The notes beneath the pieces were generated by a model. It did no database searches. It was given only the letters and a program-made list of their open reading frames with translations, and was not told where the DNA came from. Positions 1 to 10,451 of a DNA stretch of 64,000 bases are shown here, in pieces. How positions within the stretch are numbered: position 1 is the first letter of the stretch; every line of letters begins with the position of its first letter. The stretch is taken from assembly GCA_965112155.1 (NCBI GenBank), contig OZ218105.1; one strand, given 5' to 3'. The DNA is from Podarcis liolepis. Lineage: Eukaryota. Position numbers and translations under genes: made by a program.

Positions 1-2089
1 CGTAGGCTTTTAGTTTATACTCCCTTGATCCTATTTTGATTCCTCGAATGTCAGATGTTGATCTTATTATGTTTGCCAGGACTTCTAATACTATAATGAA
101 TAGAAGCGGGGAGAGGGGACAGCCTTGCCTGGTTCCTTTTTCAATTTGGAATGTATCTGTAAGAGTGTTGTTTATCACCAGTTTGGCCGTTTGCTTTGAG
201 TATATTGCCTGTATTCCTTTCAGAAATTCTCCCTCTATTCCCGCTTCTTCCATGGTCTTTAGCAAAAAAGACCAAGAGACATTATCGAACGCTTTTTCTG
301 CGTCTATAAAAATCAAAGCCGCTGGTATATCATTGTTGATTTCCAAATATTCGATTAAATTTATGATGTGTCTCACATTGTCTTTCAGGAATCTATTCGG
401 TAAGAAGCCTGCTTGGTCTTTGTGTATTAGATATATCAGGCATTTTTTTAATCTGTTTGCCATAATATCGGCATATATTTTATAATCGTTGTTCAATAAA
501 GATATTGGCCTGTAGTTTTTAATATACATTTTATCTGTATCCGGTTTGGGGATTAATGTTATGAAGGCTTCCCTCCACGACTCAGGTATTTTTCCTCCCC
601 TCAAGATATTATTCATGGTATCACAAAGCGTCGGTAATAATTGACTTCCTAAGACTTTATAATATTTAGCCGAGAGACCATCCGGGCCTGGAGCTTTCCC
701 TATTTTCATTTTTTTTATGGCGTTCTGGACCTCTTCTATACTTATGGGCTTGTTTAGTTGGAGTCTTTCTTCCTCTGTAATGGTCTTCCCTTTATGTCTC
801 TTCAAATATCTGTCTATTTGTGTTGTATCCTCTTCCCCTTTCTTGTATAATTCCTCATAAAACTCGAGAAACTTCTTTTGTATTCTTATTGGGTCTACTA
901 TCAGATCTTCCTCTACCTTTATTTTGTTTATCGTATTCTGCTTCTGTCTTTTTCTCAGTTGCCAGGCCAAGAATTTCCCTATTTTGTTCGCTGGCTCGAA
1001 ATATCTTTGCTTCATTTGTTTGATTTTCCATTCAATTTCTTGACTCGTCAGCATCGAAAATTGTGTTTGTAGGATTTTTATTGTTCGGATGCTTTGCTCG
1101 TCCGTCAGGTGATCTGTTAGTTTTTTCTCATGCTCTCTTAGTTGCTTAAGTATTTCTTCCTTCTTCTGCTGTCTTATCTTCCTCATATAGTTATTTTGCT
1201 GAATAAATAAGCCTCTTACTACCGCCTTACTGGCGTCCCATACCACTTCTATGTTTGTTCCTGTGTTCAAATTCAAGTCAAAGTACTCTTTTAGGGTAAT
1301 TTTGGCCTTTTCGATGATCTCATCATTTTCTAATAGATATTCATTTAGTCTCCATCTGAAGCTTCCCTGTGTTGTACCTTTAATTTCTAAAGTTATCAGA
1401 TTATGATCTGAGAATGTTCTTGGGTGGATTTCACAACTTGTTGCTCTTAGGGTGAGTGTTCTCGAGGTCCAAATCTGATCTATCCTGCCCCAGCTTTTAT
1501 GCACTTCTGAAAAAAAGGTGAACTGTTTTTCTGTTGGGTGCAGATGTCTCCATATGTCTATTAGGTCTAGGTTTTCTTCCAGATCTTGGAAAGATTTCGG
1601 TAACTTTCCTCGATTTCGTTTTCTGTGTTCAGTTTGTCTGTCAATTTCTGGTACTGGCACCGCGTTGAAGTCTCCCAATAGTATCGTCTTGTTGTCATCT
1701 AAGTCTGTTAGGGCTTGTTCCAATTTCTTAAAAAACTCAGGTCTATTTGTATTTGGAGCATATATGTTAACTACATTAATCTTTTCTCCCTGGAAGTTGA
1801 TTTGAACCCCTAGTATCCTCCCCTCCTCATCTTTGTATATCATTTTTGGTTCCCATTTTTCCTTCACATATATTGCCACTCCTTTTTTTTTCTCCTCCGT
1901 AGAGTTTATAAATTCCGTACCCAGATACTTGTTTGTTAAAATATGTTTATGCTTTTTAGCTACATGAGTTTCTTGGATACAGATTACATCCATTTTTTTC
2001 TTTTTCAACACATTCGCAATTTTATTCCGTTTAACTTTTTCGTTCAAACCATTTACATTCCAAGACACGATTTTAAGATTCCTTGTCAT
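1..2089 (-). CDS. L1 ORF2p (APE endonuclease + reverse transcriptase), partial, runs off the window
   Basis: Translated by hand from ATG at 2089: MTRNLKIVSWNVNGL..IQETH..KKGVAIY..LGDFN..FSDHN..APGPDG..YRPISLLNNDYK..DAEKAFD..GTRQGCPLSPLLF..YKLKAY(ADD). The frame was identical at every motif checked (1664, 677, 281, 2). Its absence from the ORF track fits an ORF with no stop before the edge. Confidence 0.95.
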   Translation of the reverse strand, partial: MTRNLKIVSWNVNGLNEKVKRNKIANVLKKKKMDVICIQETHVAKKHKHILTNKYLGTEFINSTEEKKKGVAIYVKEKWEPKMIYKDEEGRILGVQINFQGEKINVVNIYAPNTNRPEFFKKLEQALTDLDDNKTILLGDFNAVPVPEIDRQTEHRKRNRGKLPKSFQDLEENLDLIDIWRHLHPTEKQFTFFSEVHKSWGRIDQIWTSRTLTLRATSCEIHPRTFSDHNLITLEIKGTTQGSFRWRLNEYLLENDEIIEKAKITLKEYFDLNLNTGTNIEVVWDASKAVVRGLFIQQNNYMRKIRQQKKEEILKQLREHEKKLTDHLTDEQSIRTIKILQTQFSMLTSQEIEWKIKQMKQRYFEPANKIGKFLAWQLRKRQKQNTINKIKVEEDLIVDPIRIQKKFLEFYEELYKKGEEDTTQIDRYLKRHKGKTITEEERLQLNKPISIEEVQNAIKKMKIGKAPGPDGLSAKYYKVLGSQLLPTLCDTMNNILRGGKIPESWREAFITLIPKPDTDKMYIKNYRPISLLNNDYKIYADIMANRLKKCLIYLIHKDQAGFLPNRFLKDNVRHIINLIEYLEINNDIPAALIFIDAEKAFDNVSWSFLLKTMEEAGIEGEFLKGIQAIYSKQTAKLVINNTLTDTFQIEKGTRQGCPLSPLLFIIVLEVLANIIRSTSDIRGIKIGSREYKLKAY

Positions 2090-2129
2090 TTTTATCTGCT
2101 AGTAAGTCAGTAAATTCCCAGTCTAGGTT

Positions 2130-3191
2130 TTACCGGTTTAAATTCGGTTGGGTTCTTCTTCTATTTGCTCTTCGGTTTCTTCCTCCTCCCCTTCCTCCCC
2201 CTCCTCCCCCTCCTCCCCCTCCTCCCCACCCTCTGCTCCTCCTTCCCTCTCTGGTCCCCCCCTCAAGCTCGCCTCCCCTCTTTCCTCTCTCTCTCCCTCC
2301 TTCTCTCCACGTCTTTCTCCCACCCCCCCCCCCGAGATCTTTTTCGTATCTACGTAGGAATTTACTGACTTCCTGATTTTCTGTTATTTTAAATCTTTTC
2401 GTTTTGTAAAAGAAGGAGATCCCTTCTGGGAATTCCCATCTGTGTTGTATACCATTTTTCCTTAAGATACCAACTATTTGTTTGTAGCCCTCTCTTTTTC
2501 GGAGGAGTCTAACTGGAATTTCTTTAAAAATAATAATTGGTTTTCCGTCAATTACCAATTTCCTCTGGTAACTTTCTCTCAGAATCATGTTTCTCATTTC
2601 TATCGATTTGAAAATCACTAGACAGTCCCCTGGAGCTTTTTTCAATCTGTTTTGTTTCGGTCTTATTTTTATTCTAAAAGCATTTTCTATCGTTTGCGCG
2701 ACCTCTTCTTCTTTCAGTGCAAGCCACGTCGCAAGTTCTTTAATCATTTTCCCCTTTATGTCTTCCTCTCTTTCTTCCCCTATTCCTCTAAATTTTAAAT
2801 TTAACTGCTTTTGTTTCATCTCCATCAAGGCTAAATTATCTAAGACCTGATCTTGAGTTTTGCTCAGTTCCCCAAAGTTTCCTTTGGCTTTTTCAACTTC
2901 CTTCCTCTGGTCTCTCAAATCTTTCTGCACTTTTTTGTTTATTTCTTCTAAAGATTTTGTTCTGACTGTAAGATCTTTTATCTTATTTGAAAGTTCTCCT
3001 GTGACAACTTCGATCTTTTTGTCAAAGGATTCCTGCATTTCTTCTAACTTTTTTTCTATGCGTGTTTCATTTTGTCTGAATTCCTCTTTTATTTTCAACC
3101 ATAGTGCATCAAGATCTTTTATTTCCTCTTGCCTTGAGATTCTCCTGTCCATTGGTGTTCCCGCAGACTTCTTCCCGTCCCTCCCCGCCAT
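2130..3191 (-). CDS. L1 ORF1p (coiled coil + RRM/CTD, Transposase_22-like), 353 aa as assembled
   Basis: Lies directly upstream of ORF2. N-terminal heptad-rich coiled coil, then NLKFRGIGE..IENAFRI..IIIFKEIP..WEFPEGI, similar to L1 ORF1 RRM/CTD motifs. The C-terminal frame is uncertain (see findings). Confidence 0.9.
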   Translation of the reverse strand: MAGRDGKKSAGTPMDRRISRQEEIKDLDALWLKIKEEFRQNETRIEKKLEEMQESFDKKIEVVTGELSNKIKDLTVRTKSLEEINKKVQKDLRDQRKEVEKAKGNFGELSKTQDQVLDNLALMEMKQKQLNLKFRGIGEEREEDIKGKMIKELATWLALKEEEVAQTIENAFRIKIRPKQNRLKKAPGDCLVIFKSIEMRNMILRESYQRKLVIDGKPIIIFKEIPVRLLRKREGYKQIVGILRKNGIQHRWEFPEGISFFYKTKRFKITENQEVSKFLRRYEKDLGGGGGRKTWREGGRERGKRGGELEGGTREGRRSRGWGGGGGGGGGGGRGGGRNRRANRRRTQPNLNR

Positions 3192-4972
3192 CTGCCTATT
3201 TACCTATTTCCCTCCCCTCCTCTCACTATAAATTAACTTAGGGGGTTTTGTAATTTTCCCTACAAAATAACACACACTTGGATATTTTGGTTGTCACCGG
3301 GGAGGGTTATAACCTGCCCCCTGATTCAATCAGCACACTCTTCCTGTGTTCTCAGACTTATTTCTCCTCCCTCTCTATGTAATATCTCCGTTGTCTTTTA
3401 AATCAGTATGCTACTATCCCGTCTGTTTTCACACTCAGTACACAGTTGCTCCCTTGCACAGTATAGAAAAACTTTCCCCTCTAATCTATAGATCTTTACA
3501 TCTACCTAATACCAAAATAGTAGAGAAAGAGGGAAAAGGATAACATAAAAGCGGTAAGAGAGCAATAAAAAATAATTAAATCCGGTTAGGGCAGGTAACA
3601 CGGAGATTTCTCTTTGGTTCTCCACCACTTATTTAGCTTATTCTATTCCCGCATAAATGCAGGTTCCAATCCTATTAATAATACCTTACGTGCGGTCAGA
3701 GATCAGGGGGTCAGTGATGTCAATGAAGCGGAGGATATGAGGATATAAGGAAAGAGGGGGGGAGGGAGGACAGAGGGGGAGCCACCAGGCAAACACGGGG
3801 GCAGCAGTCCAAAGGGTTTCGGAGTTGCTCGCCAGAGTCTAAATAGGCTCCTCACGGGGGGTGGGAAAGTTCGAATTCTAATGGGAAAAGGTCGGCTTCC
3901 AGTTCCAAAGGGGGGGCGCAGGCATCAGGAGAAAGGTCGGCTCCACAACGCAAAATCAGTCCAAAAGCAAAAACAAGGCAGAAAAAAAGCCCTTCAAAGT
4001 CCACTTTCAGAAAAAAAAACCAGTTTCAAGCGGGTCCAGCCGAGCGTCTGCTGGCCGAGTCTCTGCCCTCAGAGGCAGGCTGTTTCGTCTCGTACAGCCG
4101 GGCTTGCGCGCTCTGTCCTTTTTGTTGTCCGAATAAAATGGCAACCGACTAAGGGACACAAACTGGTAGAGCTAAAGGAAAACCACAAGGAAGGTAGGTG
4201 CGGAGGGTCGGGGTGATTCTTCACCGTCGCGGGGGTTGTGGGGGGGGGGTAGGAAATTTTCTTCCCCCTCCGTTTGTCTTCCCCGCTTCACCGCTTCTCC
4301 GCTTCTGATGTCCCTCCGCTTATTCCTCCCTTCTCTCCTCAGCTTTCAGCTTTCTGCTGAGGCTCTCCAGTAATCCACTTTCCGATACAAAGTCTCTAGA
4401 GTTTCATTTCGTTATATACTTTTTTTCCGCTTGGTTACTTTGCCCCACGAAATCACCAGCGGGGACTTCCCCCTCTCTTAGTTCTACAGCGGAGAGAGTT
4501 AGTTACTTTGTCTCACTCTTCCAATTAACTTCCAGCGCCATCTTGACTCCGAGATACAGTCAGGCACCTTAAAATTAATCCGTTCACATCTGTTGCATTT
4601 TGGAGCCTATTCTTCAAATTTTACACTCCAGTAATTATTTAACAGCTCCAAAGTCAGCAGTTCTAAAAAATTTCGGAGATTTGTCGCCGCTTTCCAGCGG
4701 GAGCTCGAGACATAGCTGCGCGGGGTCGCAGGGCTTACCAAATTGCGTCTCTCGGTCCCTCTGCTCCGGAGCCCTCCCAAAGGAGGGGAAAATTCCAAAA
4801 AGCTTCAGACCTTTTCGACGCTGCTGGTAGCATTTCCCTCCAGGGGGCCCCCCTGGAGATTTTGGGGTCGCAGTGCCTTTGCGTTGCCCCTCAAAAGCCC
4901 CGTGCAGTTCGGAGAAGTCAGTCAGCAACTTCTCCGCGCTCCCATACTGCTGGCGATCCAAACCGGAAGTCC
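3192..4972 (-). promoter_or_regulatory. L1 5'UTR / internal Pol II promoter (CpG-rich)
   Basis: High CpG density relative to the flanks; ETS/GABP-type CCGGAAGT at the 5' end (4963-4970); YY1-type AAGATGGCG on the sense strand (+ cgccatctt 4536-4544). Confidence 0.7.
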
Positions 4973-5139
4973 TAATCCTCTACCACCACTTTGCTATTAT
5001 ATTAATAATAATACACTAATGTGTTATGTGTTTCTTCACATCTCAGCAATCAACAACAGAACCCCTATACGGAATGCCAGTGTTATGATGCTGTCATATA
5101 ACCAATCCTGATTCATTTCATAGTACCTTGAAATCATCT

Positions 5140-5545
5140 TGCACAAACTTCTGGTGTGGCCACATTTGGAATACAGTGTCTAAGCTGCCAGAAAGGGCAA
5201 CCAAACACAGAAAGGTAAGTTGTAACGTTACCATAAGGAGAGGTTCAGGTATCTGGGGCTTTTAAATTTAGAAAAATAGATGACAAGAAGTTTATAAAAT
5301 GATGCATGCTCTGAAGAAAATGGACCGAGAAGGCTTTTTCTCTCTCTCTAATAGCAGCCCTGACTCACTCAATGGAATTGATTGGAAGTAGATATAGGAC
5401 AGACAGAGCTAAGTACTTCTCCACAGAATCTATAATAAACTTATAGATTTCACTGCCACATGAGGAAGTGATGGCCTGACTTTAAAAGGGAATCAAACAA
5501 TTTCACAGGAGAGAAGAGGGATTATATCAACGGGCATTAGCCTAA
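5140..5545 (+). mobile_element. Old CR1 LINE 3' fragment
   Basis: 5151-5180 translates LVWPHLEYSV (CR1 RT LVRPHLEYCV-like), followed by degraded CR1 ORF2 C-terminal sequence (aagtacttctccacaga..tcactgccacatgagg). Confidence 0.75.
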
Positions 5546-5589
5546 ATTTCTAAACAGAGCCTCCAAGTTTGTAGGTAGTGTGTTTCTGA

Positions 5590-5675
5590 GGCTGCAATGT
5601 GCACACTTACCTAGGCGTAAGCACTACTGAACACAGCAAGACTTACTTCTGTGTAAGCATGCAAAGCATCAGGCG
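5590..5675. mobile_element. Short palindromic squamate MITE-like repeat (..cacttac..gtaag..acttacttctg.. family)
   Basis: Similar degenerate palindromic cores recur at ~7170-7475 (split by a mariner MITE), ~32845-32920, 36826-36870 and 45428-45500. Confidence 0.45.
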
Positions 5676-7204
5676 GAACATGCAGGGTCTCACAGTGCCC
5701 GGTGGGGGGTCAAACCAAAGAGGAGCATGGGTGACTTCATTCTTTGTTTCTGGACTCCCTGAAAACATCCAGGAAAAAGGATGCAGGACTAAGTGGAGGT
5801 TTGATCTTACTCTACTATTCTTAGGGTTAGGAGTGTGTGTGCTGGGGGAGGGGTGTTCTCTCTTTATATATCTGTACCTAATATAAATATTGCTGCAAGG
5901 CTCAAAGCAATAGCATCTTCCATTTGAATACTAGGATGGAATGGGAGATGCTGTCTTGAAAAGGCATTCCACCATCTATCTGTTTCCCTGTGCTGCCATT
6001 GCCATTCCTGGGATCATCCATGTCGGAAGTCACCAGTGTGGGGCCCACAGAGGTGTTCCCTGACACTCACAGAGACCCCTCCCTGCCATTCCATCCCTAT
6101 TGAAATAAGGTTGAAAGCAGCGTTGTACTGTAGGTTACAGAATAGGTTGTGGTGTTTCTCGGTCGCAGTGCGAGTGTTCTGCCCACAACAGTTTTTCTGG
6201 TCTGCAGATGCGCCCACAGGCTCAAAAGGACTGGTGGTTGACATTAGAGTAGTCTCTTCTATAAAAAACAACAGCTGACTCAAAATTTTCTGTCACTGAA
6301 TGGCACTCCAAAACTCTCAAAATCACTGCCTGAGGCAATCTACCTCACCTTACTTTGTGGTAGGGCCAGCTATGGCTGAGTTTCTATTACTGGCAGCTTT
6401 TTCAAAAGCTGTACTACTGCCATAAGGAATATTAACACAAAGATATCTAACATATGCTAGAGGGTGTCTGAGCATCATCTAAGCAATCGCCCAGGTGTTC
6501 TTTCGGCTCTCAAAAGCTATATCTATTTTCAGCAGTGCAGCTTAGCAATTGCTCATTCTTACTTCTAAAGCCGGTACCCTTCCTTTCAGAAAGGAACACT
6601 GCAGCAGCCATTGTGTATTTCACTGTTCTTTGATGACACTGGAAATTGTCTCCCTGTTCTACAAAAGTCTGATGTTACATGTGATTCTATATGTTTATAT
6701 AAATTGTTGAAGGCTTATTGCTATTTCCATTACAGCATCCATATTAGCTTCCTGCTCCTGCCTTGCTGATCATCTGCCCTTTCAGCAGGAAAGACACGAA
6801 ATATTATTTCAATGCACATCTCTGAACATTCGATCCCTGTGCACTTAGTCATCCATGCAGTGGAATTTAATGGAACTTTTTATTAAAATAATTTGGGCCC
6901 TGCTCTTGCCAAATTGATCCCTATAATAAGTGTTCCAAATGCTCAAAGACTAAATATACAGCCGCCTCTTAGAATACAGAGTACTCTATAAACTCCCTTT
7001 CTTCCTGCAATATATTTTTACTGTGGTGCTGTTGTTTTACAAAAAGAGGAGAAATGTGCTAAAATTCATTCACAGGCCAGACATTAATGATACTGATAAG
7101 CAGGCAAAAGGCAGAAATTATGTGCATTTAAAAAAGAAAAGCAACAAAGATGCAAATGTGCATTTTCACTGAGAAGCAAGACCAACTGAGTTCAGTGGCA
7201 TTTA

Positions 7205-7445
7205 CAGTGGTACCTCGGTTTAAGAACAGCCCTGTTTACAAACTATTTGGTTTACAAACTCCACAAAACTGGAAGTAGTGTTCTGGTTAATGAACTTTAC
7301 CTCAGTCTATGAATGGAAGTTGAACAGTGGAAGGGCACCGGCGGTGAGAGGCCTCATTAGGGAAAGCGCACCTCGGTTTAAGAACGGTTTTGGTTTAAGA
7401 ACGTACTTCCGGAACGGGTTAAGTTCATAAACTGAGGTACCACTG
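7205..7445. mobile_element. Tc1/mariner (pogo/Tigger-like) non-autonomous element
   Basis: TIRs CAGTGGTACCTCGGTTTAAGAAC / GTTCATAAACTGAGGTACCACTG, flanked by TA at 7203-7204 and 7446-7447. Confidence 0.9.
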
Positions 7446-7601
7446 TACTTCTTACTAAGCATGTACCGATTGCAACCAAAGATTGTATAGATGTAAGCCT
7501 ACTTATGCTATTACATTTGCAGACCCCCATGCTATATTATTTTAGATACATGCTAAAAAGTTAGATACATATAGTTTTATACAGTTTTGTGTACAATAGA
7601 A

Positions 7602-7650
7602 GCTTTAAACAGCTCAGGACCGCAATACCTCAAGGACCACTTCTTTCCAT
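7602..7650 (+). mobile_element. Small L2 fragment
   Basis: cagctcaggaccgcaatacctcaaggacc closely matches the reverse complement of the L2 at 37310-37351. Confidence 0.6.
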
Positions 7651-7718
7651 GTCAGTCTGGTAAACCAGGGAAGAAATGGGCACAGATCTATACAGTTGCC
7701 AATAATACTCACTGGTAA

Positions 7719-8049
7719 AAAAAGGTAAAGGGATGCCTGACCATTAGGTCCAGTCGTGACCGACTCTGGGGTTCTGGCGCTCATCTCGCTTTATTGGCCA
7801 AGGGAGCCGGCGTACAGCTTCCAGGTCATGTGGCCAGTATGACCAAGCCGCTTCTGTTGAACCAGAGCAGTGCACGGAAACGCTGTTTACATTCCCGCCA
7901 GAGCGGTACCTATTTATCTACTTGCACTTTGACGTGCTTTCGAACTGCTAGGTTGGCAGGAGCAGGGACCGAGCAATGGGAGCTCACCCCGCCACGGGGA
8001 TTCGAACCACCAGCCTTATGATTAGCAAGTCGTAGGCTCTGTGGTTTAG
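7719..8049 (-). mobile_element. Sauria SINE (lacertid type), slightly 5'-truncated
   Basis: (ACCTTT)n-type tail (+ aaaggtaaag); body nearly identical to the copies at 21674 and 55089; tRNA B-box GGTTCGAATCC on the minus strand. Confidence 0.92.
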
Positions 8050-8084
8050 AGCCTGAGCTCACAGACAAGGATGGACAATCTCAG

Positions 8085-8382
8085 GCCTAGTTGCCAAATG
8101 TGGCCCTCTAGGCCTCTCAATCTGGCCTTCTGAACTCTCCCCAGGCCCTGCTTCTCACCCCAAGTTTGCCTGGCTGGAATGTGTCCTTGAACTCTGAAAA
8201 GGCCTCTTGTTTGCTGAGTGGGCAATAGAGAGGGGTGTGTGGATGTCTTTAGAAACTACCCTACTGTACAAAGGTACAATATACATACATTGCTGTGCCC
8301 ACTTTTGCCCCAGGCATGTGGCCCTCAGTAGGTTTTTTGGAAGGAAAAGTGGCCCTTAGGCTGAAAAGAATCTCCTACCCTG
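8085..8382. mobile_element. Degraded hAT-like non-autonomous element
   Basis: Repeated tggccctc motifs; the end ..ggctgaaaagaatctcctaccctg resembles hAT MITE termini. No TSD seen. Confidence 0.4.
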
Positions 8383-10451
8383 GTAAAAGAGGTGTCTTCT
8401 TTCCAAGGGCAAGAACAAACTTATACCCAATGGTGGTTCTGGGTTTCCTGTTCCTGGAAACTTGTAGCAGAGTGAAGTTTGGCAAGAAGATTACTCTTAG
8501 GACAGATTATTTAAGGGGGAATCTTTCTTTAGAAAAGCACTGAAAGCCACATTGTTCTCCTTTTAAATATATGCTACTTCTACTGTAGGAATAAGCAACT
8601 TTTTAATGTGCAATGGAGAGGGGAGGCTCTACCTCCACGGGGGTCACAAATATGCTGACCTCAACTACAGGTAGCTGGATGCTACCACTGATGAATCCCT
8701 GCAAAATGAGGTGTTTCAGGGGCACGGAGAGGCCATGAAGGTTTGGAACTGAGTTGGCCAAGGATATGCCAGATCCTAAAATAAGCTAGCTTGCAAGCAA
8801 GTTCTAGAAATTGGCTCAGTCTTATTCTCTCTGTATGCCACTCCCTGTTCTACCCTGGCCAACACAAGCACCTGGGTTCCAGGTGTAATGGTGCTCTCCT
8901 TCTCTGTTAAGCTCCACTGCTGCCTGCCAGGGGCCTGGATTTTACCCTTTGCTGGTTATTACACCTGTGTACAGAACTTCAAAATACTCCCTTCCCATTG
9001 GCTCATTCAATTTCCTATTCTGTGTTGTTTATTTGCGCTTATAGAACTGTTTGCTTATTGAACCTCTGGTTTTGTGATTAGATAAGTCATTTTCTTGATT
9101 TGTTTGGAAGTTTCATTAGCTTTAAAAGAAGTGTTTTGCTTTTGAATCCTCAAAAAATAATGGGACCGTCTTTCAAAACTACCAATTGGTCTGCTTTGAG
9201 TAAAATGTTTGCTCATCTTCAAACTGCACACACACACACACACTGAGCTATTATAAAATATTACCCCTTGGCAAGAGCAATACATACTGGCACCTATTAC
9301 ATTGGGGGTGCATAATAGCTCTGTCCCTTAACAGCAAGCATTTGCTAGCAAAGGCTGGGACATAATAATAGCAATCTTTGCATACCCATAATGGGTGTTG
9401 TCTGCAATGAGTCCCATTAGCTTGGCTGTCAAAAGCTTGACTTATTTTACCCATGAGCCAGCTGATAATGGAATTAGCACTGCCACCTTTGCATCTTGTG
9501 ATAATTCAAAAGCCTTTGATGCTTATGAGCTGAGTACTTCAGAGCTGTTTCAATAGATGTTGCCTAGATTCAGACACATGAGGATGCTAGCAATTATTAG
9601 CTAGTTATCTATTTACTTGCTCGTGTGTTTGCAAGCTGCCAGGCAAATTTAATCAAATAATAAGATGCCTCCTGCTTTGTCAATGAACCTTTTTATGGTT
9701 TTTACAGCTGCTTTCCTTGCCTACAAATATAATAAATGATTTTAACTCAAACTGGGCCATCCTTTGACCTTTTATTTCGCATGTCGAAACCATAACGGCT
9801 CCTTTTGGGGCTGTCTTGTAAAAGGCAATAGCCTGCCTCATAAGTCAGGCCTGCTTTACTGCAGAAATATGTCTGGCTTGTTAGTGTCTGACGTGTTCAG
9901 AAAGCTTATAGCTCAAATGCTGCCAAAGCAATAGATTTCTCCATCACAGAGCAGTAGATAATCTCAAACTTTCACTGTTATGATACATCCAAGGCTGTTT
10001 TTCTTACAAAGTCAGAAGAGGCACAGATGTCAATTATAAATGAATATTGTATTTCCAACATCTCATTCGTACAATGGTCAGAGAACAGATGTTTGGGCTG
10101 ATCCTACATGCTCTGCGAAGTGACAAGCATTTGAAAATAGAGAATCTCAGGGTGGATTTGGTAATTATTTTTATAACGATTGGCAGATTTCTCTGCATCT
10201 TACTGCTGTGGGCTTACCCTTAGCGAAGGACAAAGAATTCTTTTTGAACAAGAAACAAGAAACAAGAGCACAATAGCTTTACTTAGAATATTTAGTACAC
10301 TTAGCAATACTCTAAGGAAGATTCATTGAGTCTGAGGTTGAATATTGAATTGAGAATAGCCAGCTGCTGCATTTAGACAAAGAGTACAAGCAATCTTGAT
10401 TGCATAGCTACAAATATGCCTATTGTCAGGTACGGATGGAAAAATGAGACA

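Larger units (their letters stand above)
1..4972 (-). mobile_element. L1-clade LINE retrotransposon, 5'-complete and young; 3' part extends beyond the window start
   Basis: Minus-strand order is 5' end GGACTTCCGG (+ strand ccggaagtcc 4963-4972), CpG-rich 5'UTR, ORF1 (3191-2130), 40-nt spacer, ORF2 (2089-<1). The sense strand is A-rich, as is typical of L1. Confidence 0.95.

Noticed and set aside
36-3231. Plus-strand ORFs (149, 123, 97 aa etc.) overlapping the L1
   Set aside because: Antisense shadows of L1 ORF1/ORF2 and of the low-complexity purine tract.
4635-4961. 108-aa minus-strand ORF at the L1 5' end as an upstream ORF
   Set aside because: Starts at TTG, not ATG; the nearby ATG opens only a 7-codon frame; GC-rich UTR sequence.
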